A stretch of 64,000 nt of DNA from Tubiluchus corallicola. Lineage: Eukaryota > Animalia > Priapulida. The DNA is taken from assembly GCA_030141605.1 (NCBI GenBank), contig JAQGDQ010000406.1, positions 58,464 to 122,463 of the forward strand. Direction: 5' to 3'. The number at the start of each line of letters is the position of its first letter. The first letter of the stretch is position 1. The position numbers were made by a program, and so were the translations under genes. Of the stretch, positions 52,230 to 64,000 are shown in pieces. The notes beneath the pieces were generated by a model. It was not told where the DNA came from, did no database searches, and saw nothing but the letters and a program-made list of their open reading frames with translations.

Positions 52230-55200
52230 GTGAACCAAAAATTCTACATTTAACATGCTGTACCCACAACCTAGAGTAGACATGATATTAAATTTCTATT
52301 TCTAAATCCATTTTCTGTCTAACGTTCAATACTTTCTGTATCCTGGTATTGATCATCACTAATTTTTCTGTTTCGAATGTTTTTAAATCAACCTCCATAT
52401 CTTCTTCACAGTATATCTTTATAGCTTTGTCACACTTTAGTAAGTGTTCCATTGTATCATCATGGATTTTACACAAAGGACATTTCAGATGGTTGTTAAA
52501 CTTACTTTTGAAGTTTGTTTTCACTTTAAACATATTCAGTTTCCATTCTGTTATTTCATAGACTGTTTTTTTTTGGTTACACTGAATTACATAATCCACT
52601 GGATTGTTCCACTTTTCTGTAGCATTTTCCATAAATCTCAGTTTTTTCATTTTCTGACACATTTCTTTAGTAATATGCTCCAAATATTTACTAATAGCTA
52701 CTTTTATTTCTTGCTTCCATTTAGATTTGGTTATCTGTTTTTTGTTTGTTTCCCCATTTATATCTATTTCATACAACTCTGCTGTTTCTTTTATGTTTTC
52801 AGTCCAATTTCCATTTCCTTTGGAATACCTTTTTTGCACCTCTTTCTTCCTCAGAAATCCTCTGCATTGTGCATAACACAGTAACATCAATTGCCTATAA
52901 TATGTTCTTTGTCTTATGGGCCAAAAACTTAACATATTGATAGTGCCCCAATAACTTGTTTTTGAACTAATTTGGCTTAAGATTGCACACGTCATATCTT
53001 TCTGCCATCTTTCCATTTCATTTAATCGGTCTCATGCTTCAATGTTATGTATTAATGACGGTATCACCACTGATTCAAACAAAAGAATTCTTATTCTCAT
53101 ACACTTTGTACCAACTTCTTTTTCATTACTCCCTGGCATCAATTCTCTCTTCATATATGCTACTTTTTCTCCTCTTTTACTTGTGCTCAAAGAATGATCT
53201 CCCTTTTCTGCAACATAGTCTCCTAAATATTTATATGGACAAGTTTCTTCTGGAAAACCACTTCTTACAAACAAATCATTTCTTCCTGCCCTATGTGTTT
53301 CTTTAACCTTGTTCACCATCATAAATTGTGATTTTAATTTACTAAATGACACCTTTTTTAAGTCTTCTAGTCTTCTACAAGTTGATGTCACTTGACTAAT
53401 GTTGCCCCTACATTGGCTTTCTGATATTTTTTGAGTTATCATGTTTTCATTTTGCTTCAAAATCACTCTTTCAAACAATTTTGAAGTAGTACTTGTTAGA
53501 AATATGCCTCTTCTATTTTTAATTCACGTCTGCTACCCTTGTTCTTATATATTTATTTCATAGTCATATTCATCCATTCTTCCGGTATGATTTCCTGAAA
53601 TAAAACTTCATTCAGCATCATTTTTACACTTTGTAATAAATCACTGCCCGCAAACTTCAGCATCCCATTTTCCCAGTCTTAATTATGAACTGCTTTCCGC
53701 AACTGTTTTACTACCTTTTCAATTTCTTCAACTGTAATCAGTTCTATATCACCCTTTTTAAGTTCATTGATCATTTCAATATCTTTAATTACTTGGGTAA
53801 TATACTCTTCCATGGGCGACTCTATTTCATTGTATAGTAACTTTTGGTAAAATTTCGTGAATTCCAGTTTAATTTTAGTATTATCTGTTAGGAGTACATC
53901 ATTAGCATCTTTAATTCCACATTTTGTTTCTTTTTCTTTTTAGTCACTTTTCGTTTATATTTTCAAAAAGACCACCTTTTTGCTCTATGACTTCCACTAT
54001 CTTTTTTACTTTTCTAACATTTGCTTCTTTGTCACAATTTACTATGTGCTCATTTATCAATTTTTCTCTTTGGCTAGACATCCATTTTTCGTTTTGTGTC
54101 ACTAGAAGGATTCTATTCTTTTTTAACTTTCTTTTTATCTTTAGTAGTATTCTTTTGAAGCATTACCACTTCATTCCACTTGGTATATTTTTCATTTACA
54201 CTCCCACTTTCAGTCCATATTTCTCTAAGTTTCTGTAGCTGTAGTAAACCTAATTAGCTCATCTTTTGATAACCTTTGTACTTTTTAATTGCTATTCTCT
54301 ACCGTCTTATCGGCATTATACCAATTAATACGCACTATTATGGTATTATGATCCGAAAACTTTTCTTTGATTTTCCCATTTTCTTCTTCTAAGCTGCACA
54401 TCCCCCACAACTTTTCCTTGTCAATTTTCATATACTTCATGTCATCTAATACTTTTTGACCAACTATATAGTAATCTAAGACTGATTTTTCCTCACCCAG
54501 TACTCTTGTCCACAGACCTTCACATTTCTGAGATGAGTTTAAAATACAGAGATTGTTTTTTCAAGTTTGCCTTCAGGGCTCTACTCACTATTATTTCCTT
54601 GTACTGTGTTTCCTATCAAGAGTATCTTTTCATTATTTCTTTCCACTGTTCCACATATGAATTTATGTGCAAGTACATTTCCTTCAGGTAATCTTTCTTT
54701 GTCCTGCTTTCCTGAGGACCATAAATAACTCCCAGTCTGACTTTTATTCTGGTGTTGTTTATCACACACCATATTGCTTCATAATTGGTTTCTATTCTTT
54801 CCACTTTCACAGTTACTCTATAAAGTTTCTTTTTGATAGCTAGTAATAAACCACCTTTTTCCTTGTCTTTTCTCTCCATTCTGATCATTTCATATCCTTG
54901 AAATTCAATTCTGTCATTTTCTTTAAGGAATGTTTCCACTATGGCTATACTTCTTTGTTTTTTCTTTATTCCTTGACAGTTTGCATAAATTAGTGCAAAG
55001 TTCTTATACAATGTTTTATTTCCTAAAGACCTCTTTGTTCTTTTAGAATCTTTTTAGATTCTCCAGCTTTTTCTTTATTTACAGATTCAGCAGTACTATT
55101 TCCAATTTTAGTTAGGCTATTGTGTAGATGGGTAAGTGTATTTACACTATTTACATCCTTATCGTTTGCATCTACATTTGTCGTATTGCTTTTGCAAACC

Positions 55201-56100
55201 CTTGTAATGCTTGCATTAGTCCTTCTGTGTGCTTTTGTAGATTCTCTCAGTTACTAAAAAAGGCTCATCTTTCTTATACGCCATTTTATAAGTGTCTTTT
55301 CCGACCGATCTCTGTTTGCTCTGTGTCTTCTTTACCTTCATAATTTCTTCTCATATCAAATTTATTTTCATGATGAGTATCTAATCTCTACTTTTCACGA
55401 GGGTTATAACTCCAGTAACCATCCCTCCAGTGTGTCACCATGATATATTTTCCTCTAAACCCAGTTTGTATTCTGGTATTCGTGCCTCCTCCATTTGTAT
55501 CCTTGTCCCAAGGATATTCATGCCAGTATTTACAGTTATTGCCATAATGACAATATTTGCCATGTTCCCACTTCCAGCAGGTTTCCTTCATTTGCCAAAT
55601 CTCTCGTGTCTGTACCAACAACTTTTCCCTAACTTACAGTTTAGACATTTGTGGTAACGTTTGCAAATAGGTACTTTCTTTAACTGACCTTCCACATGAG
55701 CATCAAAGGAACTACTATTATTCCTCCCTGTTGTTTGCTTCTCCCCCATTTTTATGCTTTTCTTCTTTCTTTCTTCAGCTATTCTTGTCATACTCTTCTT
55801 AACTTTCAACTTTTCCCCTTGACTGTCTGGGTATGTTTTCTTACTTTGAGATGGTTCTTTTCCATCTTCTCTAAGTCTTATATATATTGAATCTTTAACT
55901 TCACCTCTTTTTTGTTGCTGTCCTTGTTTTGAGGATGTATTTAAAAATTCAGTCTTGTCCTGAGTCACATCTTTATACTTAATTTGTGAATATTCTGTTT
56001 GTACGCCTTTATTGTGCATACTATTCTCTATGCATTTTAAACTGCACATTCTCTATGCATTTTAAAAAGCTTGGTCATATTGTTGCTGGTATTGTTGTCA
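52230..56100 (-). mobile_element. Decayed LINE with CCCH-finger ORF1, APE endonuclease, partly deleted RT and C-terminal CCHC
   Basis: YANCQGIK, IVETFL, GVIYGPQE, SDHN, RGIFLTS..SKLFERVI, YKYLGD, CPLC...DTMEHLLKC. ORF1 carries two C-x8-C-x5-C-x3-H fingers. Confidence 0.85.
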
Positions 56101-56104
56101 CATT

Positions 56105-56769
56105 TGTGTGCTTGCATAGCAAAAGCGTCCATTAAAAGTCAGCTATTAAACTTTTCTAGGCGTGCACATATCCCGAATCTCCATTTCATGAGGATCATTT
56201 TGATACCAAACTCATCGCTCTACGTTATTTCTAAATTGAGATAATTCCCGCTGGAGTTGAGATGCAGATTATGCACTGAAAAACGTAACCTTGAGAAATT
56301 GCTATTAAAGTTTGTTTTCTTGTCGCGTTTCTACAAAACGCTTAGTAACCACGCAAATGTTGGTTGCTACGGACTTTGCAAGAGCACATTGAAGTTATGT
56401 TTAAATGTAGTAGATGGTCTTTTCTGACGAAGATCTGGGCTTGGCAACGGCAAAAACCTGAAGCAAAATGACTGCTTCCACGAGCTACTATCGGAGTTTG
56501 AAAATACAACTTTTTTTACAATTACATTACTAGTTTCTCACCAGAAAAGTGTGTACAGGGTTATAAAATTAGATTTTTGGTATTTTTTAACATTTTCTTG
56601 ATAACTTGGCGCTAGAATATAAGAGTCCAGTACGTTTAGAATTTGTTTTTATAAAAAAAAACAAAAAATTGATATTTGACCAAATTTTTAGTGCATTCTA
56701 CTTTGAAGCATCATAACCTAGTTTAAAGTATGCCGACTTATGGGTGGTTTTGGTTTGCAAGGACACATT
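56105..56769. mobile_element. ~660-bp TIR MITE (copy B, uninterrupted, opposite orientation to copy A)
   Basis: Ends tgtgtgcttgcata...tttgcaaggacaca; homologous to 45897-47050 minus the SINE. Confidence 0.75.
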
Positions 56770-57483
56770 TAACTTGAAAGCTGTAGGAACCTAAAATTTT
56801 GCATAAGGATATTGTGGATGATTGTGCAGACTATAAAGGGGCCTGGTTTTTCACTGTCCCAATATGGCCCTCAAGTATACCCATTAAATGGTTCTGCATG
56901 ATACATTATTACATAGTTGGCATTTTTTAATTCTAATGTAGGAATGAAGGTGCCACAAGATGCATATTCTAATTTTTTACGAAAATGCTGATCTATGAGA
57001 ACAGTAAACACTTCCTATGATTTTCTTATAGAAACCATTAATTGAGGAAAAGGTTTGTGCCAGATCCCAAACCTTAGTACTTCCATTCTGGTTGTGTTTC
57101 ATACAGGATAGGTGCAGAAACACCTACCTACTTCATGTTTAAAATGAAAGGACAGTTTTACATTGAATTAAAAAAAGGCAGGCAAATAAAGCTTGGAACA
57201 CTGTGTTTCTAAGTGACTAAAAATACCAGCAATTAATTAATCATGTAAATGACTGTAACATCAGGGCAAAAAAAGCAGCCTCCTCACACTGTGGCATATG
57301 GTATACGATGTTATGGCTGTTCCAACAGAAAAGTAATCGTATAGCACCGGTACAAGAAGCAAATGCTGTTACAAACTAAACTGCTTGACTCACTTTGTGA
57401 TACACATACGCATATTATGCAATCCCACAATTATTCTAAAATCGACTACTATATTATTTTTCTTGTTGCCACTCAGTTATATT

Positions 57484-57847
57484 CAGGGCCTATTTCAGCC
57501 TAGGTGAGGCCCGGGGAAGTGGGGCATGTGAGACCCCATCGGGGGGGGGGGCAGAAAATTTTTGAACTGCTAGAATGCCGGAGAAGCATTTTCGAAGAGC
57601 AAATATGGAGTTATACAGTTGTTAAAGGAAAGAACAATTGAAAGAAAAACTGCTTTATTCTCAAGACCAGTCCTTAATACTTGTCAATACTGGCAAACTT
57701 CGCGCGTGCAGCAAGAGAGAGAGAGAGAGGGAGAGAGGAGGCAGTATGTTCGCATATAACAAAAAAATGTTACCTTGGCACGAGGCCCCCCTAGAGGGTG
57801 AGGCCCCGGGGAAGTATCCCCACTTCACCCCCTTGAAATAGGCCCTG
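57484..57847. mobile_element. hAT-type MITE with 14-bp TIR and perfect 8-bp TSD
   Basis: GTTATATT|CAGGGCCTATTTCA ... TGAAATAGGCCCTG|GTTATATT. Confidence 0.92.
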
Positions 57848-58738
57848 GTTATATTTACTTATTCCGTATCAAATCACCGAGTTGTCTCCAGGCTAGCTCA
57901 GATTAGATCTGAGCAAATCTGAGATGGTCACTTGGGAGGTTTTTAGCAGTTTAGGTGAATTAACATGGTATGATCCATTTTTGTTTTCTATAGAAGTTTT
58001 TTATGATACCATTAAACAATTAACTCACCTGTTTACTTAAACTCCTTGCTTAATTTAATACATTGATTAAGCCTTTTTACGTATTCTTTACAATACCTAT
58101 GTATTGAACAAAAAATTTAGCAAAAGTGGGATTTAACACGAATTATGTTCCTTTTACACTTTGCCAGAGCCACTTTTCGCATTCTGTATAGATCCTACCT
58201 ATTATACAAAATGTCTAGGTAAAGTGTGAAGGTGCCGTTCCAAAAACATTTATTTCATTTTTCCGGAAATATAGAGATGTTATGTGAAATGCCTAGGAAC
58301 TTTTTACAATGTCTAAATTTTACACATTGCCTGTAACACATACTCATCCGAACGAGGCTGTGTAGTGCTAAACTAGGTATATGATATGTACCTGAGCATT
58401 GACGTTGCACTATCTTGCATAGCTGACTGGTAATCTTTTTTGACTAAATTTTTTTGATTTACATTTTTTTATTAGCTACCGAAAGCATGTACCCAGGGCT
58501 TTAAAAGTCTGCTTGAAATGGGAGTATTAGTAATCTGACTGCAGTTAATAATAACCTTTTTTTTCAGCAAGACATTTTTGCAGTTGATTCCTAAGTATAA
58601 GCAAGATGGCTATGTGAAGAGAAACTGAATTTTGACTTTCCACAGCCAACATCTTCTTTTATGATTGTTCGTGTATAGCTTGTGGTTGCCTTCAAGCATG
58701 TGTCATTTTTGAAATCACTAAGAATCACTTGGAGACCT

Positions 58739-58932
58739 ATGGGGGCTTGTGTTTGTCGGGAAAAGCAATCACAAACAAACGAGAGTCAAGATGGAGTTAT
58801 TCATCTTCCGGGTAGTTATGTTCCATCTTCTTATGTGCCAAGTCGTGTTGAAAGCATGAGCAGCAAAAACTCTGCAACAGTGGATTCACTTATTTTGGAG
58901 ACTCTTACTGTTATCAGAACTTTAGTCGATAA
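58739..58932 (+). CDS. RSPRY1: RING finger and SPRY domain-containing protein 1, coding exon 1
   Basis: MGACVCREK...VDSLILETLTVIRTLVD; phase-2 donor AA|gtatg. Confidence 0.88.
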
Positions 58933-59396
58933 GTATGATTAATTACAATTAAATGTATCGTATTAGCATGGACCTACTAAAGGTATCCCATTTCATATTA
59001 AATGCCATCAAATTCATCCATTAAATGCATAAGCCCATTATACGATTGTGAAATTAGGTTTGCATATTTGCTTAACTAGGTATACGGTGACTAACAAAAA
59101 TTTTTGAGTGTGATGCAAACTAAAAAAAATCAATTACTTGATTACGAACTGCTGCTTTTTTGAATAAATATCACATGTATGTTGCAGACAGTTGGTAATT
59201 TTCATATCTTAGAACTTTTGGGCTCTGCGTAGTTTGTAGTGATTAAGCATCAAAACAGCAACAACAAATTTCACTAGTTTCTTCATCAGTTTAAGAAAAA
59301 TCTTGTAACTAAATTAAGCAAGTAACGTGAAATAACTCAGTAAAATTGTAGCCTTGTTTTTTTTTTAATTTTTTTTGTCAATAGTCACTTTTGTAA

Positions 59397-59669
<273 letters not shown>

Positions 59670-59984
59670 TAAGCAAATGAATTGTTTATGTATTTGCATA
59701 GCTAATATATTGTAATACATCTAGTCAGCACAAAATGTCGCTAGTAGACTTATAAAAATTGATCTCAAAAAAAGAAAAGAAACAACACAGAGCTGCTATT
59801 TTTTTGTTGTGTTGCTTTTCTAAATCTAAAACTGAAAAATGTGTTTCAGACAAAATTTTTGTTTGAACAAATACGTACGGTATAAGCAGTATTACTGATA
59901 TTTTCGTTATTAGTAATCGAATTCATCACTTCAGATAAAATCTTGTGAAGAGTATGCATGCCCTGAATTTCTTTTTTATTTCAG

Positions 59985-60111
59985 GAAACTGTTATGAAGC
60001 TGTCAGATACATTGCATGTATCCTATAATCTTTCAATTGTTGGTCGCCAATTTCCAACAAAACATCGCAACATTGCTGTGGTCTTTGGTTGTATAGCTGA
60101 AAAGCTAGCTG
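59985..60111 (+). CDS. RSPRY1: RSPRY1 coding exon 3
   Basis: ETVMKL...KHRNIAVVFGCIAEKLA(G); tttcag| and |gtaagt sites; 127 nt, ends in phase 1. Confidence 0.92.
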
Positions 60112-60510
60112 GTAAGTAAAATGCTATATTCTGAAATTTGGTTGTATTTGTAAGTCAACTATCTTTTCACATGTAGGAAAAATTTGTATTAGTGCTAAGT
60201 GATTATGATACTGCATGAATTGCCGAATAATCATAAGAATGGTAATTACATGTGCAGCAATTCCTGACTCTATTACTCTATTTAATTTCACCAAAATATG
60301 GTGTTAAGTGAATTGTTGTTAAACGATGCCATGCTTCGTAGGAAATATCATCATAGGAGGCATTTTAATTTAAACAATATCAGAAAACGCAAAGTTGCTC
60401 ACAGTATTTCAAAACATAAAGTTTTTAAGTATGAATATGGTTATAGTGCTCGGTTTTGGTTTAACTTATTTTGATGTTATCTATAGGAAATGTATGTTTA
60501 TTCTAACTAA

Positions 60511-61041
60511 CAGTGGCGGCTCGTGGGGTGCTGCTTCAGAAATTTTTAGGCATTGTTTAATACTCTGTAAAATCAAACAAACATATGTAATTTTAATGTT
60601 GTAATTGTAATTTTAAACAAACAAACAAACATACGAAAGCTTATACATAGACTTGATAAAATTCCGAACCACAAATTTTTTGTTTATGAATAGCCTAAAT
60701 TGCCGCAGTTCAAGAATATGCCAGTACACGGTTTTAAAGCATGTGACAACTGACAACAAACTGTATGAGTGACAGTACTTTCTCTACCTAGCAGAAGACG
60801 CTTGCAGTGCAGTGTACACCGTGTTATTTCAAACATGTGCACATGGCCGCATGCACACAACAGCCAAACACACCTCTGTGCTGGGTTGTGAAGCAAACAG
60901 TACTACCCTCATGTGCTCTGCTTCCGGTATAAAGAAAGAACTAAAGAAGAAAGAGCCTTATCATATTGAATATTATCGATAATGTCGAGTGAAAATAAGA
61001 GGTGCTGCAGTTCCACAGTACCTATACATGAGCCGCCACTG
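60511..61041. mobile_element. Academ-like MITE with 15-bp TIR and 4-bp TSD CTAA, in RSPRY1 intron
   Basis: CTAA|CAGTGGCGGCTCGTG ... CATGAGCCGCCACTG|CTAA; homologous to both ends of 16763-18511. Confidence 0.8.
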
Positions 61042-61505
61042 CTAATGAATAGATTTTATGGTAGTACTAATTTGTATAAGACTACTTCATAGTGATGTAA
61101 AATTAGCGTCACCTATCAGATGCCATTGCTGGAATTTTTCTATTAACCATGTAATGGTTATATCTGCATTTATTGATTGTTGTGCTAATATGTGTGTGTG
61201 TTTTTATTTCTTGTTGTAAATATTTAAAATGGTTTGTGCTATGAACCTTTGGTTTAAAATAAAAAGTGAAATCAATAAAATCTTTCTCTCTCCCTCTCTC
61301 TGTCCCTCTCTAGCTTTTCTACACTAATTGTTCATGCATGCTTTCTGTTGTGTACAAATAATTTTGTTATCATTTAATACTATTCAGGTGTTTGTTTTTT
61401 GTACTTCACTGAAAATATGAAATACCAAATTGCTATTACTAAATGCACAATACTTTAAATTCAGCTATTTTATAAGCCCATGTCTGTCTTAGTGTTATTT
61501 TTTAG

Positions 61506-61564
61506 GACCAACAAGTGTTTCCTTGTTAACAGAAGACACTTTGGATTATTTGATTACAAATTTG
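61506..61564 (+). CDS. RSPRY1: RSPRY1 coding exon 4 (gene continues beyond the window)
   Basis: (G)PTSVSLLTEDTLDYLITNL; tttag| and |gtatgt sites, phase consistent. Confidence 0.88.
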
Positions 61565-61641
61565 GTATGTAGAACACAAGGTTTGTCAATATATAAAAAA
61601 CGTCACCTGACAGCTGGACTTGGTGTTTTTGGTAGTGTTGG

Positions 61642-61937
61642 CACTATGTGTACGAGCCAGGGGTCCTGGGGGGCTGTACATTTGGGGGGGGGGGGGCAAA
61701 CACATTTTTTTCGGGCAATCACCAACCTTTTCGAGCACAGGCCAAATGATGAAAAAATAAAATAACATTTTACTTAATAGGAAATCTTGAAATTTCTCCA
61801 TGTCACCAAATGAAGTGCCTGAATATTTTGATCGTGCCCAAGCGGGGTGAGGCAATTCCTGACTCAAAGTTGACCCTGGATTTTTTTGGGCTAAAGTGGT
61901 TCAGCTCCCCCTAGAAAAATTGGCCCGTACGACTATG
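61642..61937. mobile_element. Older hAT-like MITE
   Basis: Degenerate TIRs (gtacgagcc / ggcccgtacgactatg); flanking 8-mers agtgttgg and aatattgg match at 6/8. Confidence 0.5.
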
Positions 61938-62609
61938 AATATTGGTCTAAAAATTAGCTTTGCCCACGTTCAGAACTATAAAATAAGCAATGTTATTACG
62001 TCTAATGTCAATTTTCTTCCTTATTGGTTAAGTACATAAATCCTGTATACCAAAGTTTACCAGTTAGTTGTAAATGCTTTTTTAAACTTTTTACTATTCT
62101 CTCTCGCCCTTTCTCTAAACTTTGGCCAAGAATGTGATAATACTTCATATCTTGAAGCCGATGCAAATTGAAACAGAAAAATTCAGTATGTGAGTAACCC
62201 TTTGCTTTGCATTGAAGACTGGAATGCGCTATAGCCTTTGATTTAATTCTGAGTTCTCTGATTTTTATTTCACTCATATACATAGCTCTAAACTAAATAA
62301 ATAAATGAATAAGTACTGTGAATAGTTTTTTGCCTTATATTGTGCTAAGGGAGATGCAGCAAATATTAAGCTACAGAGTAGCTGTTCTTCCCCGTTCAAA
62401 GTAAAAAAAGTGAGGTTAACAGTCTAGCACATAGGCAAAATCTATAGGTAGGAAGCGTCTGTTTATATACTGCTAGCCTGGGGGCTGTTATGGTTTTATC
62501 CACTTTTTCTACTTTGCTTCTGTTTGAAAGAGATACGGCATTGTCCCAATACTTTTTCAACTGCCAGTGAGATTTAGTGTACTTCTGTTTTTCTTTTTTT
62601 GTGGAAATA

Positions 62610-64000
62610 AATATTATTGGTACATTATCAAACGAAAGGTCTCGATCTAGTGTCGTACCATTGATGGTTTATTTTTCGAATCGGGCCCACCGGGAGGAAC
62701 GGGAGGCGAAAAACCCCCAAAAATGGCCCTTTTTCGGCCGTTTTTTGCAAAAGTTATACGGCTGAGATGTAGAGAACGGGAACGGGCCGAGGGGGGTGCT
62801 GGGTATGGATAGATAGCCCGTTCAGGGGTGGGTGTAGTAGGCCTATTTAGAATTCCCAAGAGGGCCACGGGGTCCCGTAACGGGCGTTTTCGCGGACCCA
62901 ACTCGCGATTTTTTCGAAATTTTGATCAAACAGCCTGCGGGAAAAACGTTCTAGCGGCGCCTGGTGGGACTCTCGGAAAGAGATATATAGCTCTTTAGAA
63001 AGAAGAAGAACGGGGCTACACGATGATGTAGGCTATATGTTAGGGCAGGTCCACCGAAAGGAGTATTGGCGAGTTAATTAGAGGTTCCATTTTCGTCAAT
63101 TTTCGCTTAGAAAATTGCTGACGCAAAGGCATTGTTCTGACGTCATCCATTATTGCTTATAGCTTTAATTCAGCAAAAAGCTGCTTTGCGTTAGATAAAC
63201 AGACATACAGTAGCTGCCTGCTGGCTTTGCGTTAGGTAAGTAGGCAGGATGTTACGGGCTTTGTGTTATAAATGAGGACTGTGTAGGATGTTCGCGTATT
63301 ATTGATTACACGTGTGTTTATACGCAAAATCTTTTGCGGGGCCTTTGCTATTTATTATATTATAGCACATAGTTTCAACTTTGTGAAAAATGTTTGGAAT
63401 GGTTTTGTTGTAATGCTGTGTTGTTGGTGCTTGTGCTATGGGTGTCGTCATTATTGCCACCATCATCATCATCATCATCATCAACATCATGATCACCATG
63501 TGAGGTGGTGGATTTGATGTGGTGTGGTGGTGGTGTGCTTTGTGTGTTTTGCTATGGATGGTGTGGTGGGGTGATAGGGTGTGTGGGGTGTGGTGTGGGT
63601 AGTGTGGTATGGAGTGGGTGGCGTGGTGTGTGGGTGGGTGGGTGTTGTGGTGCAGTGTGGTGTTATGGTGTGGTGCAGTGCAGTGTGATGTGGTGGAGTA
63701 TTATGGTGTGGGTGATGTGGTGTGTGGGTGGTGCAGTGTGGTGTGGTGCAGTGTGGTGTGATGTGGTGGAGTCATATGGTGTGGGTGGTGTGGTGTGTGG
63801 GTGGTGCAGTGTGCTGCAGTGGTATGGTGCGGTGCAGTGTGGTGTTATGGCGTGGTGCTGTGGTGTGATGTGGTGGAGTATTATGGTGTGGGTGGTGTGG
63901 TGTGTGGGTGGTGCAGTGGTATGGTGTGGTGCAGTGTGGTGTGATGTGGTGGAGTGGTATGGTGTGGGTGGTGTGGTGTGTAGGTGGTATGGTGTGTAGG
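62610..64000 (+). mobile_element. Helitron-like element with GT-rich satellite (copy 2, runs off the window), in RSPRY1 intron
   Basis: Colinear, highly similar match to 1204-2600, including the (CAT)n run and the GT satellite. Confidence 0.8.

Overview
AT-rich, intron-containing animal (invertebrate-like) genomic DNA, not prokaryotic. It holds three host genes. (1) An unidentified minus-strand gene with a ~1.3-kb low-complexity exon (6615-7920) and candidate alternative first exons. (2) A MEP-1-like C2H2 zinc-finger gene with an intronless CDS (37209-39743, +). (3) The first four coding exons of RSPRY1 (58739-61564, +). Most of the rest is transposon-derived: two copies of a non-autonomous Helitron-like element carrying a GT-rich satellite, a decayed and apparently chimeric Ty3/Gypsy element, a second Gypsy integrase relic, several LINE relics (L2/CR1-like, RNase H-bearing, CRE-like, and one with CCCH zinc fingers in ORF1), a Tc1-like relic, an Academ-like element with its MITE, and hAT-like and TTAA-target MITEs. 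The most notable feature is a 514-bp composite SINE (46081-46594). It has a 5S rRNA head, a body resembling an RTE-type LINE 5' UTR and a perfect 12-bp TSD, and it sits inside a MITE whose uninterrupted sister copy is also in the window. All family assignments come from motif recognition by eye, not database searches.
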